From the NCBI GenBank assembly GCA_963776345.1, contig CAVZMH010000016.1, forward strand, positions 800,001 through 864,000: a DNA stretch of 64,000 bases. Direction: 5' to 3'. The translations under genes were made by a program, and so were the position numbers. Under the pieces are notes generated by a model, which did no database searches, was not told the DNA's origin, and worked only from the letters and a program-made list of their open reading frames with translations. The number at the start of each line of letters is the position of its first letter. The stretch's first letter is position 1. The stretch comes from an uncultured delta proteobacterium. Lineage in GTDB: Bacteria; Myxococcota; Myxococcia; Myxococcales; Myxococcaceae. Positions 29,562 through 38,509 of the stretch are shown in pieces.

Positions 29562-31421
29562 TCAGGCTGCGCCGAGCGCCCGGGCGAGCTGGAAGGTGAC
29601 CACCGCGCCCACGTAGGCGAGCGCGGTCATCGAGACGAAGGCCAGGACCGGAGCCCGCGCGCTCCCCGTCTCCTTGCGCATCACCGCCAGCGTCGACGCG
29701 CACTGCAGCGACAGGGCGTAGAAGACGAGCAGCGCGAGCGCCGCCGCCAGCCCCATCCCTCCGAGCTGGAGCTGCGTCGAGAGCTGGCCGAGGTGCGTGC
29801 CGGCGTCCTCGAGCCCGTTGAGCGTGCCCATGGTCCCGACGAAGGCCTCGCGCGCGGCGAACGAAGTCACGATTCCCACGGCCGCCTTCCAGTCGGCGCC
29901 CATGGGCCGGAACACGGGCTGGAGCAGGTGGCCGAGCGCTGCGAGCCACGACTGGTCGAGATGGCCCCGGCCGAGCGGGAAGTACCCGAGCACCCAGATG
30001 CCCACCACCACGCTGAAGATGATCGGCGCGGCCCGGCGGACGAAGCTCCACGAGCGCGACGCCGCAGCGAGGACGATCGGCCTCACGCTCGGGAGCCGGT
30101 AGGGCGGCAGCTCGACCACGAACGGTACGTCGCCCAGCTTCCCGCCCATCCTCCGGCGCGTCAGCCGATCGAGGACCGCCGCGGCGAGGAGCGCGGTGAG
30201 GATGCCGAAGGCGTAGACCCCGGCGAAGACCAGGCCCTGGAGGCCGAGCAGCCCGGCGATGAGGGTGTGCGCGGGGATGAATCCGCCGATGAGCAGCGCG
30301 TAGATGGGCAGCCGCGCCGAGCAGGAGGTGAAGGGAATCACCATCACGGTGATCAGCCGCCGCCTGGGCGACTCGATGGTCCGCGCCGCCATCATCGCGG
30401 GGATGGCGCAGGCGTGACCCGAGAGCAGGGGGAGGAAGCTCCGCCCCGACAGCCCGAACCAGCCCAGGGGCCGGTGGAGCATCACCGCGGCACGGGCGAG
30501 GTAACCCGAGTCCTCCAGCGCGCCGATGACCAGGAAGAGGACGAAGATCTGCGGGACGAAGGTGAGGAACGCGCCGATGCCGGCGAAGACGGCGTCCTGC
30601 ACGAAGTCGTGGACGATGCCGGCGGGGAGCAGGCCGCCGACGAAGTTGCCGGCGGCCGCCACCCCGTCCTTGGTCAGGGTCATCAGGGGCGCGGCCCAGG
30701 TGAAGATGGCCTGGAAGAGCACCGCCATCACCAGGAGGAAGACCGGAAGCCCCAGCGAGGTGGAGAGGAAGACCCGATCCAGGCGCTCCTGCGACTTGAG
30801 GAGCACGTCGTCTCCCGGCCCGTAGGAGCGGGTGAGCCGGTGGGCGAGGCGCTTCTTGTCCTCGATCGACCCGCCCTCGGCGCAGCGTGGGTCGGCCGGC
30901 GCCTCGCGATCGAGGTGCTGGAGCGTGGAGCGGAGCTCGTCCAGCCCCTGCCCGGTCTTGGCGGAGACGCCGATGAAGTGGCAGCCCAGCCCCGAGGTCA
31001 GCCCGGCGAGGTCCAGGCGGGCGCCGGGGCCCACCAGCTCGTCGACGATGTTGACCGCCGCGATGACCGGCACGTGCACCGCGCGCGCTCGGGGGAGCAG
31101 CTCGAGCAGGAGGTAGAGGCTGCGCTCGAGCCGGGTGGCGTCGAGCACGCAGACGATGGCCTTCGTCGCGGGGTCGGCCAGCGCCTTGTCCAGGCGCTCG
31201 ATGGCCACCCGCTCGTCGAGCGTGAGCGGCTCGAGCGAGTAGATGCCGGGGTAGTCGTGGATGGTGAGCCCGGCCGCATGGCCCGAGCGAACCTCGGTGG
31301 TGACCCCTGGATAGTTCGCGACCTTCTGGGCGATGCCGGTGAGCCGGCTGAAGAGGAGGCTCTTGCCGGAGTTCGGGTTTCCGACGAGGAGGACGTCGGC
31401 CCGCTCAGCGCGCGCCGTCAT
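29562..31421 (-). CDS. feoB: Ferrous iron transporter B
   Basis: GNPNSGKS, NYPGVT, DYPGIYSL, LEDSGYLAR, CAIPAMM, SCSARLPIY, QCAST. Confidence 0.96.
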   Translation of the reverse strand: MTARAERADVLLVGNPNSGKSLLFSRLTGIAQKVANYPGVTTEVRSGHAAGLTIHDYPGIYSLEPLTLDERVAIERLDKALADPATKAIVCVLDATRLERSLYLLLELLPRARAVHVPVIAAVNIVDELVGPGARLDLAGLTSGLGCHFIGVSAKTGQGLDELRSTLQHLDREAPADPRCAEGGSIEDKKRLAHRLTRSYGPGDDVLLKSQERLDRVFLSTSLGLPVFLLVMAVLFQAIFTWAAPLMTLTKDGVAAAGNFVGGLLPAGIVHDFVQDAVFAGIGAFLTFVPQIFVLFLVIGALEDSGYLARAAVMLHRPLGWFGLSGRSFLPLLSGHACAIPAMMAARTIESPRRRLITVMVIPFTSCSARLPIYALLIGGFIPAHTLIAGLLGLQGLVFAGVYAFGILTALLAAAVLDRLTRRRMGGKLGDVPFVVELPPYRLPSVRPIVLAAASRSWSFVRRAAPIIFSVVVGIWVLGYFPLGRGHLDQSWLAALGHLLQPVFRPMGADWKAAVGIVTSFAAREAFVGTMGTLNGLEDAGTHLGQLSTQLQLGGMGLAAALALLVFYALSLQCASTLAVMRKETGSARAPVLAFVSMTALAYVGAVVTFQLARALGAA

Positions 31422-31659
31422 CGTTGTCCGCCGAGCCGAGCAGCACGTGCGCCGCGACGTCCATCTCGAGCGCGAAGGCGGCCCCGGACACGGCGTAGAC
31501 GCGAGGACCGCCGAACGGCGCGCGGCGCACGCAGCGCACCACGTTCCCGTCCACGAACCCAAGCTCGCGCAGCCGTCGCCCCACCTCCGGCCGGAGGTCC
31601 GACCGGAACCCGTCGATCCGCGCACGGGCGCCCGGGGGCAGCTGCGCAAGGTTCCTCAT
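31405..31659 (-). CDS. feoA: Ferrous iron transport protein A
   Basis: LAQL..G..ARI..RRLRELGF..G..V...RRAPFGGP. Confidence 0.94.
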   Translation of the reverse strand: MRNLAQLPPGARARIDGFRSDLRPEVGRRLRELGFVDGNVVRCVRRAPFGGPRVYAVSGAAFALEMDVAAHVLLGSADNDDGAR

Positions 31660-31671
31660 GGACCCTTTATA

Positions 31672-31688
31672 TTGAGACTGATTCTCAA
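31672..31688. promoter_or_regulatory. Fur box upstream of feoA
   Basis: TTGAGA-CTGAT-TCTCAA 17-bp palindrome, 13 nt upstream of feoA; fits the deltaproteobacterial Fur-type TTGAnAATnATTnTCAA pattern. Confidence 0.8.
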
Positions 31689-32158
31689 AGTCGAGTGTGG
31701 GCGCCCGCTCACCCCTGTGGAACCAACAGCACATAAGCCCTCGGAACAGCTAGACTTTACGAGGCCCCCGAACCCTTGCGGGAGGCCCGCAAGGGCTGCG
31801 CAATCGGAGCGCTGATGCCTCTGCGCAGCCACCCTGCTTTCGATGGCGCCCGGGCGGCCCTGACGGCCGGAGCCCGGCATTTTCGCCTCCGGTCGGGGCG
31901 CCGTTCGGCTGCGAGGTGTCTGACACCTGGGTTGCGAGCGAGGAGCGAGCGGGCCCTCGAGACGTCCCCGACGAGCGTCGCCACGACAGGCCGCCGATGG
32001 ACGATTGCATGAACGGAAATCCGTACCGAGCGAGCTCTGACCATGGCCGCCGCTGACGAGCGCACACCCGCACGAGGACGCTGGCGCCTCGAGGCGCGCG
32101 TGCCGGCGCCGCCCGTCATCTGCTTGCCGGGGCGTCCGGGCCAGGGGACAATCTCCCC

Positions 32159-33454
32159 CTGACCACCGCCCCCTCCACCGCCGCGCCCGCGACTCGCCGC
32201 GAGCAGCTCGCCCGCGCGGCGGAGCGGCTCGCCCGGCAGCGGCACCTGGTCGCCGTCCGCGACGGCATCGTGGGCGCGCTCCCTCTGGTGCTCGTCGGCT
32301 CGCTGTTCCTCCTCGCCGCCCAGCCGCCCTGGCCCGCGCTGCAGCGGCTCGTCGCGCCTTACTCCGCCACCCTCCTCCTCCCCTACCGCGCGCTCGGCGG
32401 CTGCATCGCGCTCTGGGTCACCTTCGGCACCGCCCACGCGCTCGCCCGGAGCTACGCGCTCGATGCGCCCGCCGCCGGGCTCATCGCCGCCTCGGGCTAC
32501 GTCCTCGCCGCACTCCAGCCCGGCGCGCCGGGACAGCCGGTCGCGCTGCTCCTCGCCCGGCTCGGCGCGGGCGGCATCTTCGCCGGCCTCCTCCTCGCCG
32601 TGGCCAGCGTCGAGCTCACCCGGGTGCTCGTCGCCCGGCGGTGGACGCTGCGCATCCCCGGCGGTGCGCCCGAGGTCGTGGTCCGCAGCTTCGTCGCCCT
32701 CCTCCCCGCCGCGCTCGTCCTCGGCGGCGTGTTCGTCCTCGTCCATGTCCTCGGGCTGGACCTCATCACCCTCCTCGAGCGCGGCATCGCCCCGCTGGTC
32801 CACGCCGCCGACTCGCTCCCCGGCGTCCTCGGCCTGGTCGCCCTCGACAGCGTGCTCTGGCTCCTCGGCATCCACGCCGCTGCGCTCACCGCCGGGATGC
32901 GCCCGGTCTGGGAGGCGATGCTGGTCGCCAACATGGAGGCGGTCGCCGCCCACGCCGCTCCGCCGCACGTCGCCCCGCTGCACTTCTTCCTCTGGTTCGT
33001 CTGGCAGGGCGGCTCCGGAGCGGCGCTGGCGCTCGGGCTCCTCCTGCTCCGCTGTCGCTCCGCCCAGCTCCGGACGGTGGGGCGCGCGGGCATCGTCCCC
33101 GTGCTCTGCAACATCAACGAGCCGCTGCTCTTCGGCGTCCCGGTGGTCCTCAACCCCCGCCTCGCGCCACCGTTCGTGCTCGCGCCGCTGCTCTCGGCCG
33201 CCGTCGCCTGGAGCGCCTTTCGCCTCGGCTGGGTCCACCCGCCGTACCTCGAGACGCTCTGGACCTTGCCCGCCCCGGTCGGCGCCTGGCTGACGACGGG
33301 AGGCGACCCGCGCGCCGTCGTGCTCCAGCTCGCCACGCTCGGCCTCTCCCTCGCCGTCTACTGGCCCTTCGTCCGCCGCGAGGATCGGCGCCTCGCCGCC
33401 GAGGAGCGATTGACCGGCCGGGCCACCCTTCCGCCCGCCGGCCCGACGCCGTAA
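32159..33454 (+). CDS. PTS EIIC permease, cellobiose/chitobiose (CelB/ChbC, Lac family) type
   Basis: RHLVAVRDG..LP..LVGS.F, LW.LGIH, GGSGA.L, NINEP.LFG.PVVLNP, Y.PF. Homology extends upstream of the GTG at 32270; start at CTG 32159 is inferred. Confidence 0.9.
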   Translation: MTTAPSTAAPATRREQLARAAERLARQRHLVAVRDGIVGALPLVLVGSLFLLAAQPPWPALQRLVAPYSATLLLPYRALGGCIALWVTFGTAHALARSYALDAPAAGLIAASGYVLAALQPGAPGQPVALLLARLGAGGIFAGLLLAVASVELTRVLVARRWTLRIPGGAPEVVVRSFVALLPAALVLGGVFVLVHVLGLDLITLLERGIAPLVHAADSLPGVLGLVALDSVLWLLGIHAAALTAGMRPVWEAMLVANMEAVAAHAAPPHVAPLHFFLWFVWQGGSGAALALGLLLLRCRSAQLRTVGRAGIVPVLCNINEPLLFGVPVVLNPRLAPPFVLAPLLSAAVAWSAFRLGWVHPPYLETLWTLPAPVGAWLTTGGDPRAVVLQLATLGLSLAVYWPFVRREDRRLAAEERLTGRATLPPAGPTP

Positions 33455-33467
33455 GACTGACTCCCCC

Positions 33468-33818
33468 GTGCCCACCTACCGCGTGTCCATCTGCAAGGGG
33501 CCGGACTGCCGGCGCAACGGGGCCGAGCGCGTCGCCGCGGCCGCGCAGGAGGCGGTCAAGGAGCTCGACCTCCGCGGCCGGTGCACGCTCGCCCGCGGCG
33601 GGTGCTACGGGCTCTGCCACCTCGGGCCCAACGTGGTGGTCCGCGAGGAGCGACCCCGCCCGCCGGACCCGTTCCGCCAGGAGGACTTCCAGCTGATGGG
33701 CTGGGAGGACGAGGTCCACTACGGACGGATGACCCCCGAGGGCATCCGCCGCGTCCTCGCCGAGCACGTGGGCCGCGACGCCCCGGTCGAGGCGCTCGAG
33801 GGCGCCCGCGAGGACTGA
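33468..33818 (+). CDS. Thioredoxin-like [2Fe-2S] ferredoxin
   Basis: C-x4-C (CKGPDC), GCYGLC..GPNVVV..Y. Confidence 0.9.
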   Translation: MPTYRVSICKGPDCRRNGAERVAAAAQEAVKELDLRGRCTLARGGCYGLCHLGPNVVVREERPRPPDPFRQEDFQLMGWEDEVHYGRMTPEGIRRVLAEHVGRDAPVEALEGARED

Positions 33819-33945
33819 CCGGCCGGGTCCCGGACCGCGGCCTGGAAGCGCCCCGCCGGACGTGCCGCGGCCTTCCGCCGATCAGCCCGCCTGATCCGGT
33901 GCGACCGGGCCGCCCCCCGGGGAGGCGGCCGGAGCCGGCGCATGA

Positions 33946-34061
33946 GTGGACATAGCAACTTCGAGCGCAGCGGGTCGATGACCGAGCAGCGAAGGTCGCG
34001 AGATCTCTGCGATGCGGCGTCGGGCGTCGTCCCACGACCGGGACATCGTTGCTATGTCCAC
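33946..34061. repeat. 116-bp element with perfect 14-bp terminal inverted repeats
   Basis: GTGGACATAGCAAC (33946-59) and GTTGCTATGTCCAC (34048-61); the interior is imperfectly palindromic. Confidence 0.75.
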
Positions 34062-34221
34062 GATTGCTCCGGAGACGCGCGGCAGGACAGGCCTCGGAAG
34101 CGCCCTCCCTGGCCACCCGCCAGATCAGCTGGCACGCGGCGTCGTCCAGCAAGAACCAGGGCCGGCCCTGCCGGCGCGTGGGCCCCGGACCGGCCGTCTG
34201 CTCAGGCGCTCACGCCGAGGC

Positions 34222-36720
34222 TCAGCCGGCGCGCCGGAGGTCTCCCCGGCCGTCCCAGTCAGGCGGGGGCGGACGGGCGATGTACCCGCGCACCCGCTCG
34301 GCCCACCGCGCCGAGACCGGGTCCAGCGCGGCGTGCCGCTCGAAGTCGGTCAGGGCTCCGGCGAAGTCGCGCCGGCGCACCCGCGCCAGCGCCTCCGGCC
34401 AGCCCTGGAGGATGGGAGCGAGCGCCGGCGGCACCTCGCCGCGCCGGCCCACCAGCTCGAAGAGCGTCTGCGACGCGCCGCCGACGGTGACCACGTCCAG
34501 CTCGCGGAACACGAACTCGTCTCCCGCCCGCCGCGCGGTCTCGCCGGAGACCAGCAGCTCCGTCCCGTAGAGCTGGTTCGCCCGCTCGAGCCGCTCGGCC
34601 GCGGCCACCGGCTCGCCGAGGATGGTGTAGTTCGACTTGAGGGGGCTGCCCATGTCGCCGGCCACCACTTCGCCCGAGTGGAGCGCCATCCGGGCGCGGA
34701 CCTCCACCCCGAAGCGCCGCTGCCACTCGGGGCGCAGCCGCAGCAGCTCGGCCCGGATGGAGAGCGCGGTCCGGCAGGCCACCGGCCCGTGGCGGTCCAG
34801 CCGCACCGGGGCGCCCCAGAAGGCGATCAGCGCGTCCCCGACGTACTCGACGTGGCCGCCGGTCTGCCGGACCAGGTGCGTCAGCTCGCCGAAGTAGGCG
34901 TTGAGCAGGTCGACCAGCACCTCGGGCGGGAGCAGCTGGTGCAGGCGGCGGAACCCTGCCAGGTCGGCGTAGCAGAGCGTCACCTCGCGCCGCTGGGGCC
35001 GCATCAGCGCCACGTTGCGGAACACCTGGTCGGCGATGTCCGGGCTGACGTAGCGCCCCAGCGCGCCGTAGACGAACTCGCGCATCTGCCGCTCGGTCCG
35101 CAGCGCATACCGGCCGGTGATGAGCCAGGCCAGGCCGAACGCCACCAGCGGACCCCCGGCCGCGAGCCACACCCCGTCCACCACCAGGAGCCGGCGCACC
35201 CAGAAGAGCCAGCCGACCACCACCGCCGCAGCCGCCAGGACGTAGAGCAGCGCGCCGATGGCGGAGCGGAACAGCCCGCTGAAGCCGAGCGCCACGAACC
35301 CGCCGGCGAAGGCCAGCGCGAAGGTGGCCAGCACGTCGCTCCGCACCGGTGCCCGCCCGATGCCCGCGCCGTCGATCCAGTTCTCCAGCGCCTGGCCCAC
35401 CACCGCGGCGTGAGAGACGCCGTCCCCGAGCGGAGTGGCCGGCCAGCTCCCCGCACCGCGGAACGTCTCGGCGAGCACCACCGCCCGGTGCTGCACGTCG
35501 TTGCGGGCGTGCGCCGGGACACCCTCCTGCGCGTCGTAGAAGTTCTGGAGGAAGCGCCACGCCGAGATGGCCCGCTCGAGCGAGCCCCGGCCGTCGCGCC
35601 CGCCATCGGTGGCGTCCCAGCGGAGCAGCGCATAGCCGGTCCGGTCGGCAGGGATGCTCTTCCCGCCGACGACCGAGAGCCGGCCGCCGCTCCACACCAC
35701 CTGCCGGCTGTTGGCCCGGGCCAGCGCTCCGGCCAGCGCCAGCGAGGGGAGCACGTGCACCCGGCCCTGCGGGGACACCCAGCGCACCAGGTGCTGAATG
35801 CCGCGCACCCGGCCGTCGGGGTCGACCGCCAGCGCGGTGTGTCCGTACCGGCTGCGCGCGCCCACCAGCACCGAGGCCGGAACGTCGAGCGAGCGCGCCA
35901 GCGGGAGCGCCTCGACGTCGACCCCCTCCACCTCGACGGCGGCGACCCGGACCAGGAGATCCTCGGGGGTCACCTGGAAGGCCCGGTCCGCCGCACCGTA
36001 GTCGCGCACCTGCGGCGTGCCGGCGACGCCCAGCCGCTTGCCGAGCTCCCGCGCCTCGGCCTCGGAGCTCACCCCGGCCCAGACGCGCATCCGGCTTCCG
36101 TCGGGCACCGCAAACACGCGCGCGCGGCTCGCCAGCACCCGCCGGAGGAGCTCGGTCACCGCGGGTCCATCGCTCTCCTCGGTGCCCACCAGCAGGAGCG
36201 ACGGGCGGAGCGGCCGCACCACCGCGGGCGGGGGCGCGGCCGAGACGGAGAAGCCGAGCACCGTGCCCGGCGTGGCATCGAGCGCGCGGCGGAAGAGCTC
36301 GTCGTCCGGGACCTCGCCTCCCAGCCGGGGGCTGCCGGTGTCCAGCGCCCAGTCGAGCACCACCGGCGAGGCGCCTTCCCGCCCGAGCTGCCCCACCACC
36401 CCTCCGAGCAGGGCACGCGGCCAGGGCCAGGCGGTCAGGTCGGGATGGGGATCCTCGCGGGCGTTGGCCAGCGTCTCGTCGTCCACCCCCACCAGCACCA
36501 CGTCGCGCGCGGGCTCGTCCCGACGGCCGAGCTCGTGCAGCCGCCAGTCGAGCAGCGAGCGCTCCAGCGCGTCGATGGGCGCCCCGATGAAGGTCCGGAG
36601 CCGGAAGCTGCGCGGGGGCTCCTCGTCACGAAAGCCCGGGGTGGGCGGCACGCGGGCGCTGACGATGGCGCCCACCGCGCTGCCGAGCACGGCGGCCTGG
36701 AAGAGGCTGAACCCGAGCAC
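34222..36720 (-). CDS. CHASE2-domain class III nucleotide cyclase, catalytically degenerate (true start probably ~36773)
   Basis: VVLVGVDDETL..WPWPR CHASE2, three TMs, RYVSP, YADLAGF, EYVGDALIAFWGAP, GDMGS..NYTILGEPVAAAERLE. An upstream ATG at 36773 is one base out of frame across a C run. Confidence 0.9.
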   Translation of the reverse strand: MLGFSLFQAAVLGSAVGAIVSARVPPTPGFRDEEPPRSFRLRTFIGAPIDALERSLLDWRLHELGRRDEPARDVVLVGVDDETLANAREDPHPDLTAWPWPRALLGGVVGQLGREGASPVVLDWALDTGSPRLGGEVPDDELFRRALDATPGTVLGFSVSAAPPPAVVRPLRPSLLLVGTEESDGPAVTELLRRVLASRARVFAVPDGSRMRVWAGVSSEAEARELGKRLGVAGTPQVRDYGAADRAFQVTPEDLLVRVAAVEVEGVDVEALPLARSLDVPASVLVGARSRYGHTALAVDPDGRVRGIQHLVRWVSPQGRVHVLPSLALAGALARANSRQVVWSGGRLSVVGGKSIPADRTGYALLRWDATDGGRDGRGSLERAISAWRFLQNFYDAQEGVPAHARNDVQHRAVVLAETFRGAGSWPATPLGDGVSHAAVVGQALENWIDGAGIGRAPVRSDVLATFALAFAGGFVALGFSGLFRSAIGALLYVLAAAAVVVGWLFWVRRLLVVDGVWLAAGGPLVAFGLAWLITGRYALRTERQMREFVYGALGRYVSPDIADQVFRNVALMRPQRREVTLCYADLAGFRRLHQLLPPEVLVDLLNAYFGELTHLVRQTGGHVEYVGDALIAFWGAPVRLDRHGPVACRTALSIRAELLRLRPEWQRRFGVEVRARMALHSGEVVAGDMGSPLKSNYTILGEPVAAAERLERANQLYGTELLVSGETARRAGDEFVFRELDVVTVGGASQTLFELVGRRGEVPPALAPILQGWPEALARVRRRDFAGALTDFERHAALDPVSARWAERVRGYIARPPPPDWDGRGDLRRAG

Positions 36721-36830
36721 GCGCAGGAAGCGGCGCCCGGCGGACGGGAGTCGTGGTGACAGGGGGCCGGCATGTTGCCGTCACCCCCGGGGCCCGACAA
36801 GGCCCGATGTGCACCCGCTCCCCTTTGGGG

Positions 36831-37115
36831 TCAGGGAGTGGTGCGGCTCGCCGAGGAGCCAGCGCTCGCGGTGGCGCCCCGTAGCTGCTCCGGCAGGGCG
36901 TCCTGGGCCGAGCGGAGCTTGTCCTTGAGGTCGTTGCGCAGCTCGGCGCCCGTCTTCGGGGCGAGCAGGAGCCCGAGCCCGACGCCCACCAGCAGGCCGA
37001 CGCCGAGGGCGGTCATCGCCGGCGCCACCCAGTCGTTGGAGCTCGCCCGCTGCAGGCCCACCAGCTCGAGCACGTCGTCCCGGTCCATCTTCTTCAGATC
37101 CCTGAGGCTCAGCAT
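36831..37115 (-). CDS. YtxH domain-containing protein
   Basis: GVGLLVGVGLGLLLAPKTGAELR. Confidence 0.85.
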   Translation of the reverse strand: MLSLRDLKKMDRDDVLELVGLQRASSNDWVAPAMTALGVGLLVGVGLGLLLAPKTGAELRNDLKDKLRSAQDALPEQLRGATASAGSSASRTTP

Positions 37116-37127
37116 GGGGTTCTCCTG

Positions 37128-37505
37128 TCAGGACGGCGAAGCCACGTCGTCGTTGTCGCCGCCGGTGAAGCCGGACACCGCGGCCTCGGCCATGCCGAAC
37201 AGCTGGCTCTTCACCACGGGGATCGCCGCCAGCCGCACCCCGAGGCCCACCAGCCGGAAGGTGAGCCCACTGAAGAGCCCACCCCCGAGCACGTAACCCA
37301 CGCCCAGGGCGGCGGCAACCATCCCGAAGGGGTGACGCTCGACGCGTCCGCGGAGATCGATGGCCTGGCCGAGGTCCTCCAGGGTGTTGCGCGCCTCGTC
37401 CAGGAGCTGGTGGGCGCTGTCGTTGAGGTGCCCCACCCGGCCGGCAAAGCCCTGTGGCTGGTGGTGCCCGTTTCCGGAAGGGGGATTCTGGGGAGGGGTG
37501 GACAT
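37128..37505 (-). CDS. Small membrane protein (DUF883-like tail)
   Basis: VERHPFGMVAAALGVGYVLGGG; ATG at 37505. Confidence 0.7.
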   Translation of the reverse strand: MSTPPQNPPSGNGHHQPQGFAGRVGHLNDSAHQLLDEARNTLEDLGQAIDLRGRVERHPFGMVAAALGVGYVLGGGLFSGLTFRLVGLGVRLAAIPVVKSQLFGMAEAAVSGFTGGDNDDVASPS

Positions 37506-37525
37506 GGGGAGCGGGGGCCCGTGGT

Positions 37526-37720
37526 TCAGCGGGAGGCGATTCGCCCGATGACGAATCCCGCGGCCAGGGCGATGGCCAGCGAGGCGATGGGCCGCTCCTT
37601 GATGAAGCCGCCCATCTTGTGGCTCAGCGAGTCCAGCTCGCGCCGGGCGTCCTCGAGCTGCGGGCCGACCCGGTTCTGGAGTTCGCGGGCCTTGTCGGAC
37701 AGCGTGTCGGTGGTGGCCAT
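37526..37720 (-). CDS. ElaB/YqjD/DUF883-like tail-anchored protein
   Basis: FIKERPIASLAIALAAGFVIGRI. Confidence 0.75.
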   Translation of the reverse strand: MATTDTLSDKARELQNRVGPQLEDARRELDSLSHKMGGFIKERPIASLAIALAAGFVIGRIASR

Positions 37721-37758
37721 CGGTCTCTTCTCCCTGTGGCGGTCCATGGAATCTGGGG

Positions 37759-37968
37759 TCAGCGGCGCCGGATGCCCAGCAACAGCCCGGCGGCGAAGGC
37801 GATCCCCAGCGTGAGTCCCGGGCGGCGGGCCACCCAGTGGCCAACGTCCCAGGTGTCGTGCAGCTGGCGTCTCAGGGCGTAGGCGGTGCCGACCACCTGG
37901 CTCCGGGCGCGCTCGATCTCCTCGCGCAGCTCGGCCTCGGTCGGACGGGACCTGTGCTCAAGCGTCAT
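37759..37968 (-). CDS. DUF3618-like small membrane protein
   Basis: ELREEIERAR..L..W...RP..LGIAFAAGLLLG. Confidence 0.7.
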   Translation of the reverse strand: MTLEHRSRPTEAELREEIERARSQVVGTAYALRRQLHDTWDVGHWVARRPGLTLGIAFAAGLLLGIRRR

Positions 37969-38395
37969 GGCGGGGCTCCAGCGCCGGGCGGCTCGAGCGG
38001 GCCGCGGCGAGCGCCTGGGCGGTCCGCTCCAGCTCCAGGACCGAATCGTCCAGGACCGGGCGGCGGAACGCCCGCGCGGCGATGACCACCCCGACCACTC
38101 CGAGGACGATGTTGAGCAGACCGACGACGGCCACGGCGCCGGCGAGCGGCATCCACCGCCCGAGCGCCAGCGCCAGAGCGCCGTTGAGGAACCCGTACCC
38201 CACCAGCACCAGCGGCGCGAAGGCGGCGATCGACGCCACGCCGATGCCCGCCCTGCGCGCGGACGCGCCGAGCTCCAGCTTGGCCAGCGCGACGTGCTGC
38301 GCGACGAGGTGGCCCAGGTCGTGGGCGAGCTGCACCAGGAGATTGGTCGCTCCGGGTCGGTCGGCTCGCGTTCTGTCCACGCGGGGGGCGGTCAC
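37958..38395 (-). CDS. Holin-X/YqjE-like membrane protein
   Basis: LV..L..D...LV.QHVALAK.E followed by two TM helices; chromosomal cluster context, not phage. Confidence 0.75.
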   Translation of the reverse strand: MTAPRVDRTRADRPGATNLLVQLAHDLGHLVAQHVALAKLELGASARRAGIGVASIAAFAPLVLVGYGFLNGALALALGRWMPLAGAVAVVGLLNIVLGVVGVVIAARAFRRPVLDDSVLELERTAQALAAARSSRPALEPRHDA

Positions 38396-38509
38396 GCGCA
38401 GACGCTACACCCATCGTGCAGAGCGGGGCGAGCGGCCAGGGGCCACCATCGCCTCACGCGGCCGGATGACCCGCCCCGGGATGCTTCCATGAGCCCGCCT
38501 AACGTACTC

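Noticed and set aside
33468..33818. Ferredoxin as the missing NuoE
   Set aside because: It shares the thioredoxin-like fold but lacks the NuoE N-terminal helical domain and is 6 kb from nuoI; nuoEF are more likely elsewhere.
33946..34061. Integron attC site
   Set aside because: The core consensus RYYYAAC/GTTRRRY is not met; single site, no cassette array, no integrase. Kept only as a generic inverted-repeat element.
37958..38395. Prophage lysis module (holin)
   Set aside because: No endolysin or other phage genes; holin-X/YqjE-like proteins are chromosomal in this cluster type.
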